Shown in pieces: positions 26,225-39,394 of a stretch of DNA of 64,000 bases (its first letter is position 1; the number at the start of each line of letters is the position of its first letter). Source of the stretch: Pristiophorus japonicus (taxonomy: Eukaryota); the NCBI RefSeq assembly GCF_044704955.1, contig NC_091981.1, forward strand, positions 177,940,001 to 178,004,000, read 5' to 3'. Both the position numbers and the translations under genes were made by a program. The notes beneath the pieces are model-generated. The model made no database searches and was not told the origin of the DNA. It saw only the letters and a list, made by a program, of their open reading frames with translations.

Positions 26225-29200
26225 ATCATCCTGTCTTGTTTCTGTTATTGTTTCTGTATATTTGTGAAAGCCTTCCTCAGTCTAGGAGTTTTGAATCAAG
26301 AATACCTGGACAATTATAACATCCTAGTGTTAATAACCACTAATACGACAGGTTTATATGTGACAAATATGCAGCCTAAAGGAATATAGATTATCTAAAT
26401 GTTTTATTTTAGTTACGATAGGCTTCCCATTGAAACTGATAAATATGAGGCTCATTTTACTGGAATTTACCTGTAGGCTACTGAGAACACAAACAGATAA
26501 GTGACTAACAGATCTGTTCCATCAGCTCACCTCTTATTACATTACAGAGTTTAAAACTAATAAATATTTCAGATGCCATCAAGCATCATTTGCCTGAGGA
26601 ACTCTTTACAGCTTTTCTACATTCATCTTTTCAATGCATTGAGTAGAACTGACTGCAGAATCAATGGAAGCCTTCCTCACGATTGTATGGTTTATCAACC
26701 ACATGATTGGCGAACTGTAGAGACCCGGTTTCTTGCTGCAGGCTTCCAAACATGGTTTGAATTTTTAGGATCGTAGTTTCATCTGAGCGAATGTTACTTC
26801 TGGCTCAAACTTTCAGCCTTTCAGCGGTTCCACTCATTGAAACAATTGTTATTTTTCAGTGAGTAACCCACTGGTGTAGCAATTAAACTGCTCATTTTAA
26901 ACCTCTGTTTGAATGGATTTGAACAATGTTGACGGTTGGCGTGTCGGCTTGGCCACCCTTGGACTTTCAATTGTTTGAGCATGAAACCTGTTAGTGAGGC
27001 GGAAAGATTTTTACTACTGGACTGGCTATCTGTCAATCGGTCAGTGCGTGTCTGTCACCGAGACCCTACAAGAGCAGCAATACCCACTTGGACAGAGATT
27101 TGTGAATTTAATAGCAAATTCGAGTAAAAATATGTTCATATTCCAATTTCCACAAGAGAGGTCATAGGGTTGATTTTCAGTCCCAGCAGGTCGTCAACAG
27201 AAGTGGATGGTAAACGTGTGCGAGAGTCTTTGTCGGAGGCCCAGCGGATTTCTTTTGTCGGGCTTCACTAGAAGCTGTTGGCCTGTTTGGGATGGAATGC
27301 TCCTGTTAGTTAGCGGGGGACGAAGAGGTTGGGTGTAAAGTAAGGGATAGGGTGAAGGTTAGTGAAGGGGGGGGGGGGAGGGGAAATGTGGGGCGGCAGC
27401 AAGGTTATGTCCAGGCAGAGTATGTTGCTGGGGTCTGGTGGCTGGGGAGGGAGGAGAGGCTGGGGCAGCAGAGGTCTGGACATTCCTGGTGCGGCCTGAG
27501 GAGCACTCACAGTCTTGGCCTGCTGTTTAACTTACCTTACAATGCCTCACTGGCTTGGCTGTCTGACAATTTTTTCCCCAAAAAGGAATGTTGGTCCATT
27601 TAATAGAATAATCAATATATTATTCATTACAGTATTAGTACTCAATACAATATTATACCACTCGTAGCTTACATACTCATAGCAAGAATCTGAAAAAGGG
27701 AAGGCAGGAAGGAGGAAATCATCAGAAAGACAGAACATTGAAAGAAGTTGAACTTAACACAAAAACTATAAAGCAGCAAGAAAAAAAAGTGAGATGGAAA
27801 AAGAAGCGAAAACGAAACATCAAAATCACTGGTTCAGATAGATGCAAGATAAAATAATTTTGATGCTTTTGATTGTCTGTAACTATAGCTTTGAAGTAGG
27901 CCTCAGACTGGTAGGTTGTTGAGCCAACTGCAGCACTGGAAATACTTTGAAATGGTCTATGGTGAAAATAAAACACAAGCAAAAGCTGGTAATATCCTCC
28001 AAAGGTTCTAGGCAGCCTTCTCTCAAATCAGATGGGAACCCCTTTAAATATCACTGGAAATGGCCACCTCCCGACTTGTGCTGCCCATGATTGGTGGGCT
28101 GGAGCAAGAAGTGGCAGTAGCAATGCAGGCAGAGATGAAATGGCACTGGGGTCTTAATTGCGTCATTTGACCCCAATTTGCATTGGCCGCCAGGTGCAGA
28201 TTGGGATGAACACCAATGCAGCAGTAAGCTTGCATGACCACCTACTGCTAAATCACCCCCAGTCTGTTCAAACCTCTTTAAAATTGCAATTTGGAAATTA
28301 GTGTCCAGGAAACATTCAATATCCTGTGGTGCAACAGAAACATGAATAACTTGGTCATAATCCATGGTCACCTGGAAAAACTCTCCAGCAAACACATCCT
28401 CAACATGGGCACACAGTGATCTTATGCTTCCTGGCCCGGTGTGTGGTAGATTTGGACCTCAGTTTCCTGTTTTGTTCACTCCAACGGGGTAGTGTTGGAT
28501 GAAGACCGATCTTCCCAACAATTCAAAGTGAAAACCCCCCTCGCATCGGATGGAGAATATCATAATAAAAAAAGACAACCTGTTCAAATTAAAAATGGTG
28601 GTGTTCATTTAAGTGACAATTTGGCAGCTTGTGTCAATGAAGCAAGTAACGCTTTGGAAAATTTCAACTGAACTGATGGCCATCTCATAGTCATACTTCA
28701 TAGTGATCCAGATGTGTATTTAATATCAGAACATGAACAAGCAGTGGGAGTGACCCTCCTTGATGATCTTATACGCACACTTGCTCCTCCTGTACCACAT
28801 TCAGGAAAGTAAATTTATTTTTATTTACCTTTTTGTGCCAGCCCTTTAAGGATCACTGGTTTGATGGCTTTAGGCCTGAGAAAAGTGTCTGCAGCTCGCA
28901 CAGTGCATGGTGCCATGAGTCACAATCGAATATGGGAAAGGGGTCTGGATTTGCATAGGAAATGGGCCGAACACTTGTTTCAGGTGTATGCCCTTCTCCC
29001 TCATGTATCCATCAAGCCTCCCCTTAAATGTATCAATGCTATCTGCTTTAACCACTCTATGTGTATGGATCACTGTTAAACAAATTGGGCAAAAAATGGA
29101 ATAGCTTAGCGCCACCTGTTCGCGCTCACGAGGGGCACTACAGGGGCGCTAAATGGTTATCGTCCGCACCAGGGAATGTTGCACCAGTGTGCAACGCCCC

Positions 29201-30427
29201 GATAGCTCCACAGAAGCCAACTTGAATGTTTTCGCCTGCCTTACCGCCCGGCGCTAATCTTGCTCGAGAAAGCTGGCGTGCAGAGCTGTCCCGGGCACTA
29301 ATGAAAGGGATGAGTGCATCAGGTAAGTTTTAAAGATTTTACTTAACTTTATTTACAATGCTTTTACTTTATTTGGTGTTCCTGATGTTTAAATAAGTTC
29401 ATTTGTAATTTTTTTTAAGTTTTAATGTTTTCCAGTGATCCTTCTCTTTGAGCGCTATGATACTGTTTTTTTAGCACCAGAACTTCAGTAGCACTACCGG
29501 CTTAGCGCCCCAAGAGAAGTGTGGAACGCTTCCCTTAGCGTTGCACTCCACTCTTAGAGCGCTAAAAATCAATATGGGTATCGCCAGCGCTAAAAACCTC
29601 CCGGCGATAAACTTCGTGACCAGGTGATATTAGCACCTCAAAACCGCATATATTACATTTTCTCTCTATTGTTATCAACCACTATTGTTGCCAACAGCAA
29701 CTTGCATCTGAATTGAACTACTGAGCTTGCCCAAAAGATTAATTTTCTTCAACTGGAAATAAAAGTTCAAACACACTGCAATCATTTAACTAAAATTAAA
29801 GTGCACAAAACATGGTTTGAGGAACAGACGGAGGGAACCTAATGTTTTGCTCTCAGGTGGATCCAACTGACTGTCTCCAGTTTGAGGTTTGCAATCTATT
29901 TTACTGGTATTGATTTTTAATATCACTCCTCACAATTCCCTGTGGATGCTGACTGCTCTGAAATGGATGGTGCAGGCTCTCTCCAATTTCTGCATGGTAA
30001 CAGAGGGATTTTTACCTTGTGCGTTTAATAAACAAGCTTGAAACAGCTTTCATAGTAACATCATACATAGCAAGGGACTGCAATTAATACACACACAATG
30101 GCCAACTGTCTGCATCACACGTCACAATAGCTCGCGGTGGTAATATCTTAAATATGAGAACCTCAAGTGAAATTATTTTTAATTGAGTGGAACTTACCAT
30201 CACTCCAGCACATTTATTATTTGCAAATTCTGACAATTCCTCAAATACGGTGACAGGAAAGCTAAATTAAGCCAGTTCTTGATTTCACACGCCAGAACAT
30301 CAGTCTCATCTCAAAAAAGCAGCTTCAATTTGTTTTGAAGAAAACGAACCTGCACCTCTAACAGCCCTAGATTGTTCCTTTGAGGAAAATAAAATATTTT
30401 TTAAAATCTATATTTTAGCAGTTTATT

Positions 30428-30910
30428 AAGAACCTAGGAACAGGAGTAGGCCATTCAGCCTCTTGAGCCGGTTCTGTCATTCAGTTCGATCATGGCTGAT
30501 CTGCATCTTAACTCCATCTACCCACATTTTGATTCCGTAACAACAACAACTTGTATTTGTATTACGCGCCTTTAACATAGTAAAACATCCCAGGTATTAA
30601 GGATAGTAACCCTTAATACCCTTGCCTTACAAAAATCTATCAATCTCAGTTATGACATTTTCAATTGGCCTAGCTTCAACAGCTTTTTGGTGGAGAAAGT
30701 TCCAAATTTCCACTACCGTTTGTGTGATGAATTGTTTCCTGATATCACCCCTGAACAGCCAAACTCTAATTTTACAGCTTCGCCGCTGGAGGAAATAGTT
30801 TCTCTCCATCTACCCAATCAAATTATTTAATCATCTTAAACATCTTAATTAGATCACACCTTAACCTTTCTATACTCAAAAGCAATACAAGCCGAGTCTA
30901 TGCAACCTTG
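30428..30910 (-). mobile_element. CR1 3' fragment with a short L2-tail insert (about 30540-30592)
   Basis: CR1 3'UTR (rc) and FITQTVVEIWN. Confidence 0.8.
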
Positions 30911-31011
30911 TAAAAGTCAGATAGCCAGATGTTGAAGCAAGAATACTACAGCCTAGACTTTAGTCGCTTGCACCTTTTATGCTGAATTCGGTGATTGACG
31001 GCTGGGGCCAT

Positions 31012-32912
31012 CACCAATAAAAAACAAAGCAAGTGCCCCCTTTTAACAGGGCACAACCAATAAACTGCAAATTAAACAGAATTGAAATACTTAAACCAAA
31101 ATCTGAATTTTGTTTCTGGGGGTGATGAAGCACTCCAGCCAATCCGGTCGCGAAAGGCCTCAAGCATACTGGCATGCTCCATCTCCAAGGACACCTGGGC
31201 GCACACAGAACCGTGGAAGAGAGGCAGGCTGTTAGGCCGAATGACCCCCTCGACCTCCTGCTGCCTGGACCTGTTAATGGCCATCTTGGCCAGGCCCAGG
31301 AGCAGTCCAACAAGGAGGTTCTCCGAATTGCCCGCTCCCCTCCGCTTCAGGTGCCCAAGGATCAGGAGCGTGGGACTGAAGTGCAACCAAACAGAGGAGC
31401 AGCCCCTTCAAAAACTGGATGAGTGGCTGCAACTTCTCACACTCTGTTGTGTATATATGGAATACAGACTCCTTCAAGCCGCAGAAATTGTCTGTTGCCT
31501 GCGAGTCTGTAAACCTACTTAAAAATTTGTTGCACTGGACAGCTCCATGCAATGCCCCCCGGCCAGGTCTCCAATAGAAAAAGGGGAGGCCGCCTGCATA
31601 GAGAGCCCTCCACTGAGGACCCCCATCTCCTCCGGATCATGGACTTGGGCACGGGATCGTTTGCGGGCACAGGTTCGCGAATGAGCGCAGGTATGGGACC
31701 TCCAGGGGACTCGCCCCGAGGTGTTTCGTTTTCCTCCACACCTTCCTTCCATGTGGACGCCCTTCCACCCTTCCTGTCGAGGCCGCCATGACAGTGGCCT
31801 CCGACGTCGACCACGTATTTGGTGTTGCTGGCGCGGGGACAGGGGCAGTGGCAGTGCCAGCCTTGGCTGTCTTAGTTGTTTTGGCAGCCTTGCAGTTTTT
31901 ACTTACATGTCCCATCTTCTGCACATCATCCGACGTCCAGAAGACACGGTAGGGAGACCTCTGGTGGTTAACTCCATGTCCTCCTCCCTCACCAGCTGAA
32001 GATAAAGATGTCACCAGAAGGAGAAGACGTGACGAAGGCTGGCCCCCCTGAAGCTGAGCGGGCTCACCTCCCCGACCTCACCTCCAGTTGACGTAGGTGG
32101 GTGAGGAGGAGTTCACTGGGGATAAAGGCAGGACATTTGATAAAATTATTCGCTGCGCGGTGACAGAGGATCCACCGGCAGTAAGGCCCTGCCCACTGTG
32201 AGCCTCAGACCTCAGGAAGAACACAGCTTTCCCATACATTTCCTAGGCGGCAACAATGGCTGAAGGGCCGACAACCCCATCCATGGCCTAACACACTCCT
32301 CAATGGTCATGTTGGGGCGAGTGTAGCTCTTCACCCCATGTTTTTTGGTGATAAGGGTGAAAGGTGACAGGGTAGCAGGAGTGGCTGCAGCTGCTATACC
32401 TGCGTATGTCCTTGCTTGCCCCATCACCGGTGAAGATGGAGTCGTTATTGCTGTTAATTAAGGGCTTCACTCACCCTACGTTTCAGGCTTGCGATGGATA
32501 TCTTAGGGGGATCAAGGGGTATGGCGAGAAAGCAGGAATGGGGTACGGAAGTTGCATGTTCAGCCATGAACTCATTGAATGGTGGTGCAGGCTAGAAGGG
32601 CCGAATGGCCTACTCCTGCACCTATTTTCTATGTTTCTATGTTTCTAAATATGACCTTTCCTTCAAACAGGGGAGTTTTAGAAAAAAAAAGGGAAAAAAA
32701 AAACACCTCCCCCTGTGGTGTCAGGATGGGAGAGGCATCTTCTCCCCTCTGATCAAAAAAGATAAAGGAGACAATAACAACAAAGAGAGAGGTTGCCTCA
32801 AGAGTCACAGAGGGAGAGAGAGAGGGAAGGAAGGAAGGCTGCAGAGGTGAGGTCACCATTCAAAACAGGGCTCAATGGGTGGGTGGGTGTACTGCAGGGG
32901 TGCAGTTTCTAG
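31012..32912 (-). mobile_element. Internally deleted Tx1-clade LINE (5'UTR, ORF1 pieces, ORF2 C-terminus); CR1 tail inserted at about 32500-32646
   Basis: ORF1 TYAGIAA..KKHGVKS and GHVSKNC; ORF2 HGAVQCNKFL..FCGLKESVFH, GLLLGLAKMAI. Confidence 0.82.
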
Positions 32913-32914
32913 CA

Positions 32915-34652
32915 CGAGATATAAAAACAGATAACATAAACTAGCACAAAATAAAAAAACAGATAGCAAGAGTTTCTAAGGTATATAAAAAGGAAAAGGA
33001 TGGCTAAAGTAAATGTTGGTCCCTTAGAGGACGAGACGGGGAATTAGTGATGCGGAACATGGAGATTGCAGAAACTCTGAACAGATCTTCAGTCTTTACA
33101 GTAGAGGACACTAAAAATATCCCAACAGTGAATAGTCAAGGGGCTATAGAGGGGGAGGAACTTAACACACTCACAATCACTAAGGAGGTGATACTCAGTA
33201 AGATAATGGGACTAAAGGCGGATAAATCCCCTGGACCTGATGGCTTGCATCCTAGGGTCTTAAGAGAAGTAGCGGCAGGGATAGTGGATGCATTGGTTGC
33301 AATTTACCAAAATTCTCTGGATTCTGGGGAGGTCCCAGCAGATTGGAAAACTGCAAATGTAACACCCCTATTTAAAAAAGGAGGCAGACAAAAAGCAGGA
33401 AACTATAAACCAGTTAGCCTAACATCTGTGGTTGGGAAAATATTATTAAAGAAGCAGTAGCAGGACATTTGGAAAAGCAAAATTCGGTCAGGCAGAGTCA
33501 GCATGGATTTATGAAGGGGAAGTCATGTTTGACAAATGTGCTGGAGTTCTTTGAGGATGTAACGAACAGGGTGGATAAAGGGGAACTAGTGGATGTGGTG
33601 TATTTGGACTTCACGAAGGCATTTGACAAGGTGCCACATAAAAGGTTACTGCACAAGATAAAAGTTCACGGGGTTGGGGGTAATATATTAACATGGACCG
33701 AGTGTAACGTAGCCAAGTTTGCTGATGATACAAAGATGGGAGGAAAAGCAATGTGTGAGGAGGACACAAAAACCTGCAAAAGGACATAAACAGGCTGAGT
33801 GGGCAAAAATTTGGCAGATGGAGTATAATGTTGGAAAGTGTGAGACTTTGGCAGAAAACAAATCGAAGAGCAAGTTATTATTTAAATGGAGAAAAAGTAC
33901 AAAGTGCTGCAGTACAGCAGGATCTGGGGGTCCTGGTGCATGAAACACAAAAGGTTAGTATGCAGGTACAGCAAGTGATCAGGAAGGCCAATGGAATCTT
34001 GGCCTTTATTGTAAAGGGGATGGATTATAAAAGCAGGGAGGTCTTGCTACAGTTATACAGGGTACTGGTGAGGTCACACCTGGAATACTGCGTAGTCTTG
34101 TTTTCCATATTTACGAAAGGATATTCTTGCTTTGGAAGCAGTTCAGAGAAGGTTCACTTGGTTGATTCCGGAGATGAGGGGGTTGACTTATGAGGAAAGG
34201 TTGAGTAGGTTGGGCCTCTACTCATTGGAATTCAGTAGAATGAGAGGTGATCTTATCAAAACGTAAAAGATTATGAGGGGGCTTGACAAGGTTGATGCAG
34301 AGAGGATGTCTCCACTGATAGGGGAGACTAGAACTAGTGGGTATAATCTTAGAATAAGGGACTGCCCATTTAAAACTGAGATGAGGAGGAATTTCTTCTC
34401 TCAGAGGGTTGTAAATCCGTGGAATTTGCTGCCTCAGAGAGCTGTGGAAGCTGGGACATGGAATAAATTTAAGGCAGAGATAGACAGTTTCTTAGCCGAT
34501 AAGGGAATAAGGGGTTATGGGGAGCGGGCAGGGAAGTGGACCTGAGTCCATGATCAGATCAGCCATGATCGTATTAAATGGTATAGCAGGCTTGAGGGAC
34601 CAAATGGCCTACTCCTGCTCCTATTTCTTATGTTCTTATATTCTTATGTTCT
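32915..34652 (+). mobile_element. CR1 ORF2 fragment with internal deletion
   Basis: KSPGPDGLHP, QHGFMKGKSC, FADDTK; (TTCTTATG)n tail. Confidence 0.92.
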
Positions 34653-34889
34653 AGTTGTTAAATATCAATCTTTAAGATCTTCCTGGTTGAGGGTAGGCAA
34701 TGTCTTCACCCAGGCTACTCCAACTGTCCCGGTCCAGTCAAGAGGGAGGGGTGTTTATAAGTGTGCGCGGCCTAGTTGATTTTGAAAGAGCACACACACC
34801 TCTCACAATCTTTCAGCCTTTATCTTTTTTCCTCCCCCCACCTACAGATAATAATCTTGAAGAGAAAGTGCACCAGCACCCAACTATGC

Positions 34890-34961
34890 AAAGAACTCAC
34901 TTCAGGAGTGGAAGCAAGTCTTCCTCGATTCCGAGGGACTGCCTACGATGATGGTGATGAT
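34890..34961 (+). mobile_element. RTE 3' tail fragment
   Basis: Matches 24620-24686. Confidence 0.75.
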
Positions 34962-35620
34962 ATGTTGATCTATGGTTGGTATTAATCTTCCTCCTTCCAA
35001 GTTGATGATATTTTCTTCCAGTTGTAGAAGTTGTAGTTGTGGTTCTTCCTCTCCCATTACAGAGAGCCAACAAGCAAGCAAACAACTCTTTTTAGGAGAC
35101 AAAATAAACCGTAAATCAAGTGCCCCCCGATCTGGGGGACACTTCAAACATTTTTCCAGGCCCTTTTTTTGTTTTTTTTTGTATTTTTTGTAGGTTTTTT
35201 TTTGAGGTTCCAGGGTTTGGTGCCGATGAGGAATTCCGTCCGGACGGGGGTCAGTTCGGACGGGATCTCCCCACGTGCTTGAGCCTCCTCGACACACCTA
35301 ACGGAGTCAGGGCCCAGAGCTGTTTTTAGCGACTCGATGGCATTGGCCGCGCGGCGGACGTCGGCCGAATTTAGGCGCCATCCAGACTGCTCCTCCCCCA
35401 TCGAGCAGGTCCCTGACCCTGGTCACCTCGCCAGCCACAGCCCTCTCGTCCGCCTGCCACCTAAAACCTCGGTCGTGGAGGTACGGATTCCTGAGCAGCG
35501 GCTCCTGCAGGACAGCCGCCACTCCAGCCGATGGAGAGCTGCGCTTGGTGGAGACTTTGTTCCAGACCCTGGTGAGTTCCTTGTAAAAGAAACAAGGACG
35601 GCGGTCCTGATGCAAAATTC

Positions 35621-35692
35621 AGCTTTTACCAAGATTTGAAATCATATCGCTGGATTCAAAGTCCAGAGTGCTCACCATTACACCATTGAACC
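35621..35692 (-). tRNA. tRNA-Gln(TTG) pseudogene, copy A
   Basis: GGTTCAATGGTGTAATGGTGAGCACTCTGGACTTTGAATCCAGCGAT..; B-box, T-arm and acceptor stem mutated. Confidence 0.85.
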
Positions 35693-36194
35693 AATACAAG
35701 CAAGCAAACAACTCTTTCCATTGGAAACAAAATTAACCAATTAAGTTAAGTGCCCCCCAATCTGGGGGACACTCCAAACATATTTCAAGGCCCTTTTTTT
35801 TGGTTGTTTTTTTTTGTATTTTTTGTAGGTTTTTTTTGGTTTTTTTGGGCACTAAAATCATAATTTTTACAAGTGCCCCCTATAAAAGGGAAGGGGGATA
35901 CTAAAACCAGCAATTAAAACAAATTAAACTTTAAAACATATAAAATCAAATTAAAATTTGGTTGCTGGGGGTGATAATGCACTCCAGTCCCTCCGGCGCC
36001 CACCTGTCGCGGAAGGCCGCGAGCGTACCGGTGGACACCGTGTGCTGCATCTCTAGGGACACCCTGGCCCGGATGTAAGCACGGAAGAGAGGCTGGCAGT
36101 CAGGCTGAACGACCCCCTCGACTTTGTTCCAGACCCTGGTGAGTTCCTTGTAAAAGACAGGCAGCTCCCGGAGGCCGGTCATGACACAAAATTC

Positions 36195-36266
36195 AGCTTT
36201 TACCAAGATTTGAAATCATATCGCTGGATTCAAAGTCCAGAGTGCTCACCATTACACCATTGAAAC
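36195..36266 (-). tRNA. tRNA-Gln(TTG) pseudogene, copy B
   Basis: Near-identical to copy A. Confidence 0.85.
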
Positions 36267-37250
36267 AACACAAGCAAGCAAACAACTCTTTTGGGGGGGA
36301 ACAAAATAAACATTAGATCAAGTGCCCCCCCGATCTGGGGGACACTCCAGACACTTTTAACTGCCCTCTTTTTTCATGTTTTTTGGGGGTTTTTTTGGTT
36401 TTTAAAAAAAAAAATTTTGGGGGGAATTAAAATTATATATTTTACAAGTGCCCCCTATAAAAGGGAAGGGGGACACTAAAACCGGCATTTAAAATAAATG
36501 AGACTTTAAAACAAATAAAATCAAATTAAAATTTGGTTGCCGGGGGTGATGATGCACTCCAGTCCCTCCGGTGCCCACCTCTCGCGGAAGGCCGCGAGCG
36601 TACCGGTGGACACCGCGTGCTCCATCTCCAGGGACACCCTGGCCCGGATGTAGGCGTGGAAGAGAGGCAGGCAGTCAGGCTGAACGAACCCCTCGACCGC
36701 CCGCTGCCTGGACCGGCTGATGGCACCCTTGGCCGTGCCCAGGAGCAGTCCTACGAGGAGGCCCTCGGACCTACCCGCTCCCCTCCGCACAGATCAGGAG
36801 TGTGGGACTGAAGTGCAGCCAGAAATTGAGGAGCAGCCCCTTTAAATAATGGAACAGGGGCTGCAACCTCGCACACTCCATAAAAACATGGAACACGGAC
36901 TCTTCCAGACCGCAGAAATTGCAGGCGGCCTGGGAGCCTGTGAACCGACTTAAAAATTTATTGCACGGGACTGCTCTGTGCACCATCTCCAGGTCAAGTC
37001 CCTGATGAATAGTGGGAGGACTCCTGCGTAGAGTGCCCTCCATCGGGGACCCCCGCCTCCTCCGGACGGCAAGATGGTACGCCATGGCGTGTCCGGACGG
37101 CAGACGAGGATGGCAAAGTTGAGAGTGTGCAGGAGCAACCCGTACAGGAAACCCCTCCACGCAGAACTGAAAGGTATGGAGGGGATTTCCCCGAGGCGGC
37201 TCAAGTTGTGAGGCAGGCAGCCCCTGGACGGCGGTCCTGACACAAAATTC

Positions 37251-37322
37251 AGCTTTTACCAAGATTTGAAATCATATCGCTGGATTCAAAGTCCAGAGTA
37301 CTCACCATTACACCATTGAACC
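37251..37322 (-). tRNA. tRNA-Gln(TTG) pseudogene, copy C
   Basis: Near-identical to copy A. Confidence 0.85.
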
Positions 37323-37942
37323 AACACAAGCAAGCAAACAAGCCACTTAATACCCACCACCTGAACACAATTAACACCCAACTGAATACAATTAACAAAC
37401 TGTCCTCATAATTTAACATTTTTAGCATATAAATTACACAAGTTATACATAACCTCTAAACAAACATACCTGATATTTGCAGTTCTCAGAAACCATCAGC
37501 TCATCTTCAATTTTTCTCTCCCACAAAAATCTTCCAATTTCCCATTCTTCGATGCTCAGCTCAGGTACAAAAATCACTAGGTTGCCGGGAGGCTTTTTCA
37601 TGGACACTTGTCAGTGCAGTTGATGGATTCATGCGTGCAACTGTTCATGCTTTAAGCTGCCAGTTAGCTTTTCACCCCATCACCAGTATTTCTGAATATC
37701 AGTTAGCTTTTTCACTGGGATTGGGGATTATCAATATGAACCAGTAAATACATTTATTAAATATGGAGGCCTCACTGCATTTTATTTCAAACCTTTATGG
37801 TGGAGAACAGAGCTCTTGGCCCTGATATTAATGGGGAGGCGGGGTTGGTGTGGGTGAGGCCAAAATCAGCCAAAGAACCTGGCAAAGCAGAGGATGTGGA
37901 GCCCCTGCCGATCTTAATGGTAGGGCCTCATTAACATATTAT

Positions 37943-38581
37943 GGGCCCGAAATTGGGGAACTTACCATTCGCTGCCACCAAGTTTTCTCGGCGGTCTCCC
38001 TGGTTTCTGGGTGGTCTCCCCTTCGAGTGAGTTTGGTGGAGGCCTCCCACCGGCAGGGAGAGAAAACCGCTGGGTACCATCCGCTGGCGTGCTCCGGTGT
38101 GCAACGCCCAGGAGAGTCCTCCCGCCCACTGAGCTGCCAGTTTGGTCCGAGCGGTCCTCCACTGCAGCAGGAGAAAAGGCCGCCGTGTGGAGGCAGGTCT
38201 ATCCTCAACGGTAAGATTGAAAACTTGCAAAAAAAGTTTAGTCCACTTCTTTTCTTTATTTTTTTTCCAGGGATTCAGGTGGATGGGGTCCCTTGAAGGA
38301 TTTTGTTTTGTTTTATGTTTAGAAATTTTTAATCTCATCAGTTTCCCCCCTCCCTGGGCCCGACTCAATCCTCGGCAGTACTTTGCCGAGGATTGCATTT
38401 GCTGCCGAGAATGGGAGCTACCGCCTGCTGCCGCCCAGAATCGGCGCATAAGTCCCATTTTTGCCGCCGGGCGGTCTTTCCCAGATTTTTCCCTGAAACT
38501 CCTGCCCAAAGTACCGTCAGGATCTCAGCAGTCCTTTGGATGGTACTTGGGCGGAACTTAGCTTCCACCAATTTCGGGCCC
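37943..38581. mobile_element. Harbinger-type MITE
   Basis: 14-bp TIR GGGCCCGAAATTGG; TSD imperfect (tat/ttt); appears to sit inside an older repeat starting near 37818. Confidence 0.8.
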
Positions 38582-39355
38582 TTTAAGTCCGGCTCCCACC
38601 TGGCAGCTGACCAAATGGCCAGTCTGGTTGGCCGCGGAGTGGCTTGTGATCGGGAGGTCTGGGGCAGCCGGGAGGGATGGGGTGCAGGAGGTGGGGGGAG
38701 GTATTAAAATCAAGACCATTGTCTTTTTTTGAATATTATAAGATTTTAGATTACAAAACCGTTTACTTTTTAAATAATTGCTCAAAATTTGCTGTCAAAA
38801 TAACAGCGATACTCCTACCACTCGCTGTTATTTATGTGCAAATGCCGCAGCAACTTCAGGCAAGGGCAGATGTAAATTAAATACGGAAATGGAAAAGTTG
38901 CTGTTGGAGATGCGCTGCTCTGCCTTTAACTTCACAAAAACGGCATTGCGCTGTCTGGTTCCCCATTCACATGCATTGAGCGACATCAGGTTCCTTGCAT
39001 GGTAGATATGAAGCAAACTCGCCACAGAAAGTTAATTCAAGTCATTCCAGTCTAAGTACCCTTTCAACAATGTGATCAGTGTTAATTACTGCCAGTCAAC
39101 CACTCTGGCACTGAGAATTAACTACTACAAATGTGGAGTCTCATGCCTTCAGGTTTTAATTGTTTTTTAGAGTTCTTTTTAATCAAAATGTAATTTATGT
39201 TTACTTTTTCTTTCTGTCCCTTTTTTCTTTCTCTTAATCCAGTCTTTCTTCCTCTTTAATACAAAAGCAAAATACTGCGGATGCTGGAAATCTGAAATAA
39301 AAACAGAAAATCTGGAAATACTCAGCAGGTCAGGCAGCATCTGTGGAGAGAGAAA

Positions 39356-39394
39356 CAGTTAATGTTTCAGGTCGAGGACCCTTCATCAGAACTG
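39356..39394 (-). ncRNA. Minimal hammerhead ribozyme-like motif in the Penelope 3' region
   Basis: CAGUU-CUGAUGA-AGGGUC-CUC-GACCU-GAAAC-AUU-AACUG: conserved core with stems I and II. Confidence 0.65.

Larger units (their letters stand above)
35086..37238 (-). mobile_element. Three 5'-truncated Tx1 copies in tandem (35086-35608, 35712-36182, 36286-37238)
   Basis: LPVFYKEL..WNKV, HRAVPCNKFL..CNFCGLEESVFH; shared 3' end AAAGAG. Confidence 0.88.

Noticed and set aside
28250-28810. Possible host exon
   Set aside because: Stops in the candidate frames; faint likeness to an ancient RTE RT, too weak to call.
35609-37341. CRISPR-like repeat-spacer array
   Set aside because: The repeats are 103-bp tRNA units and the spacers are homologous Tx1 fragments of 0.5-1 kb in eukaryotic DNA.
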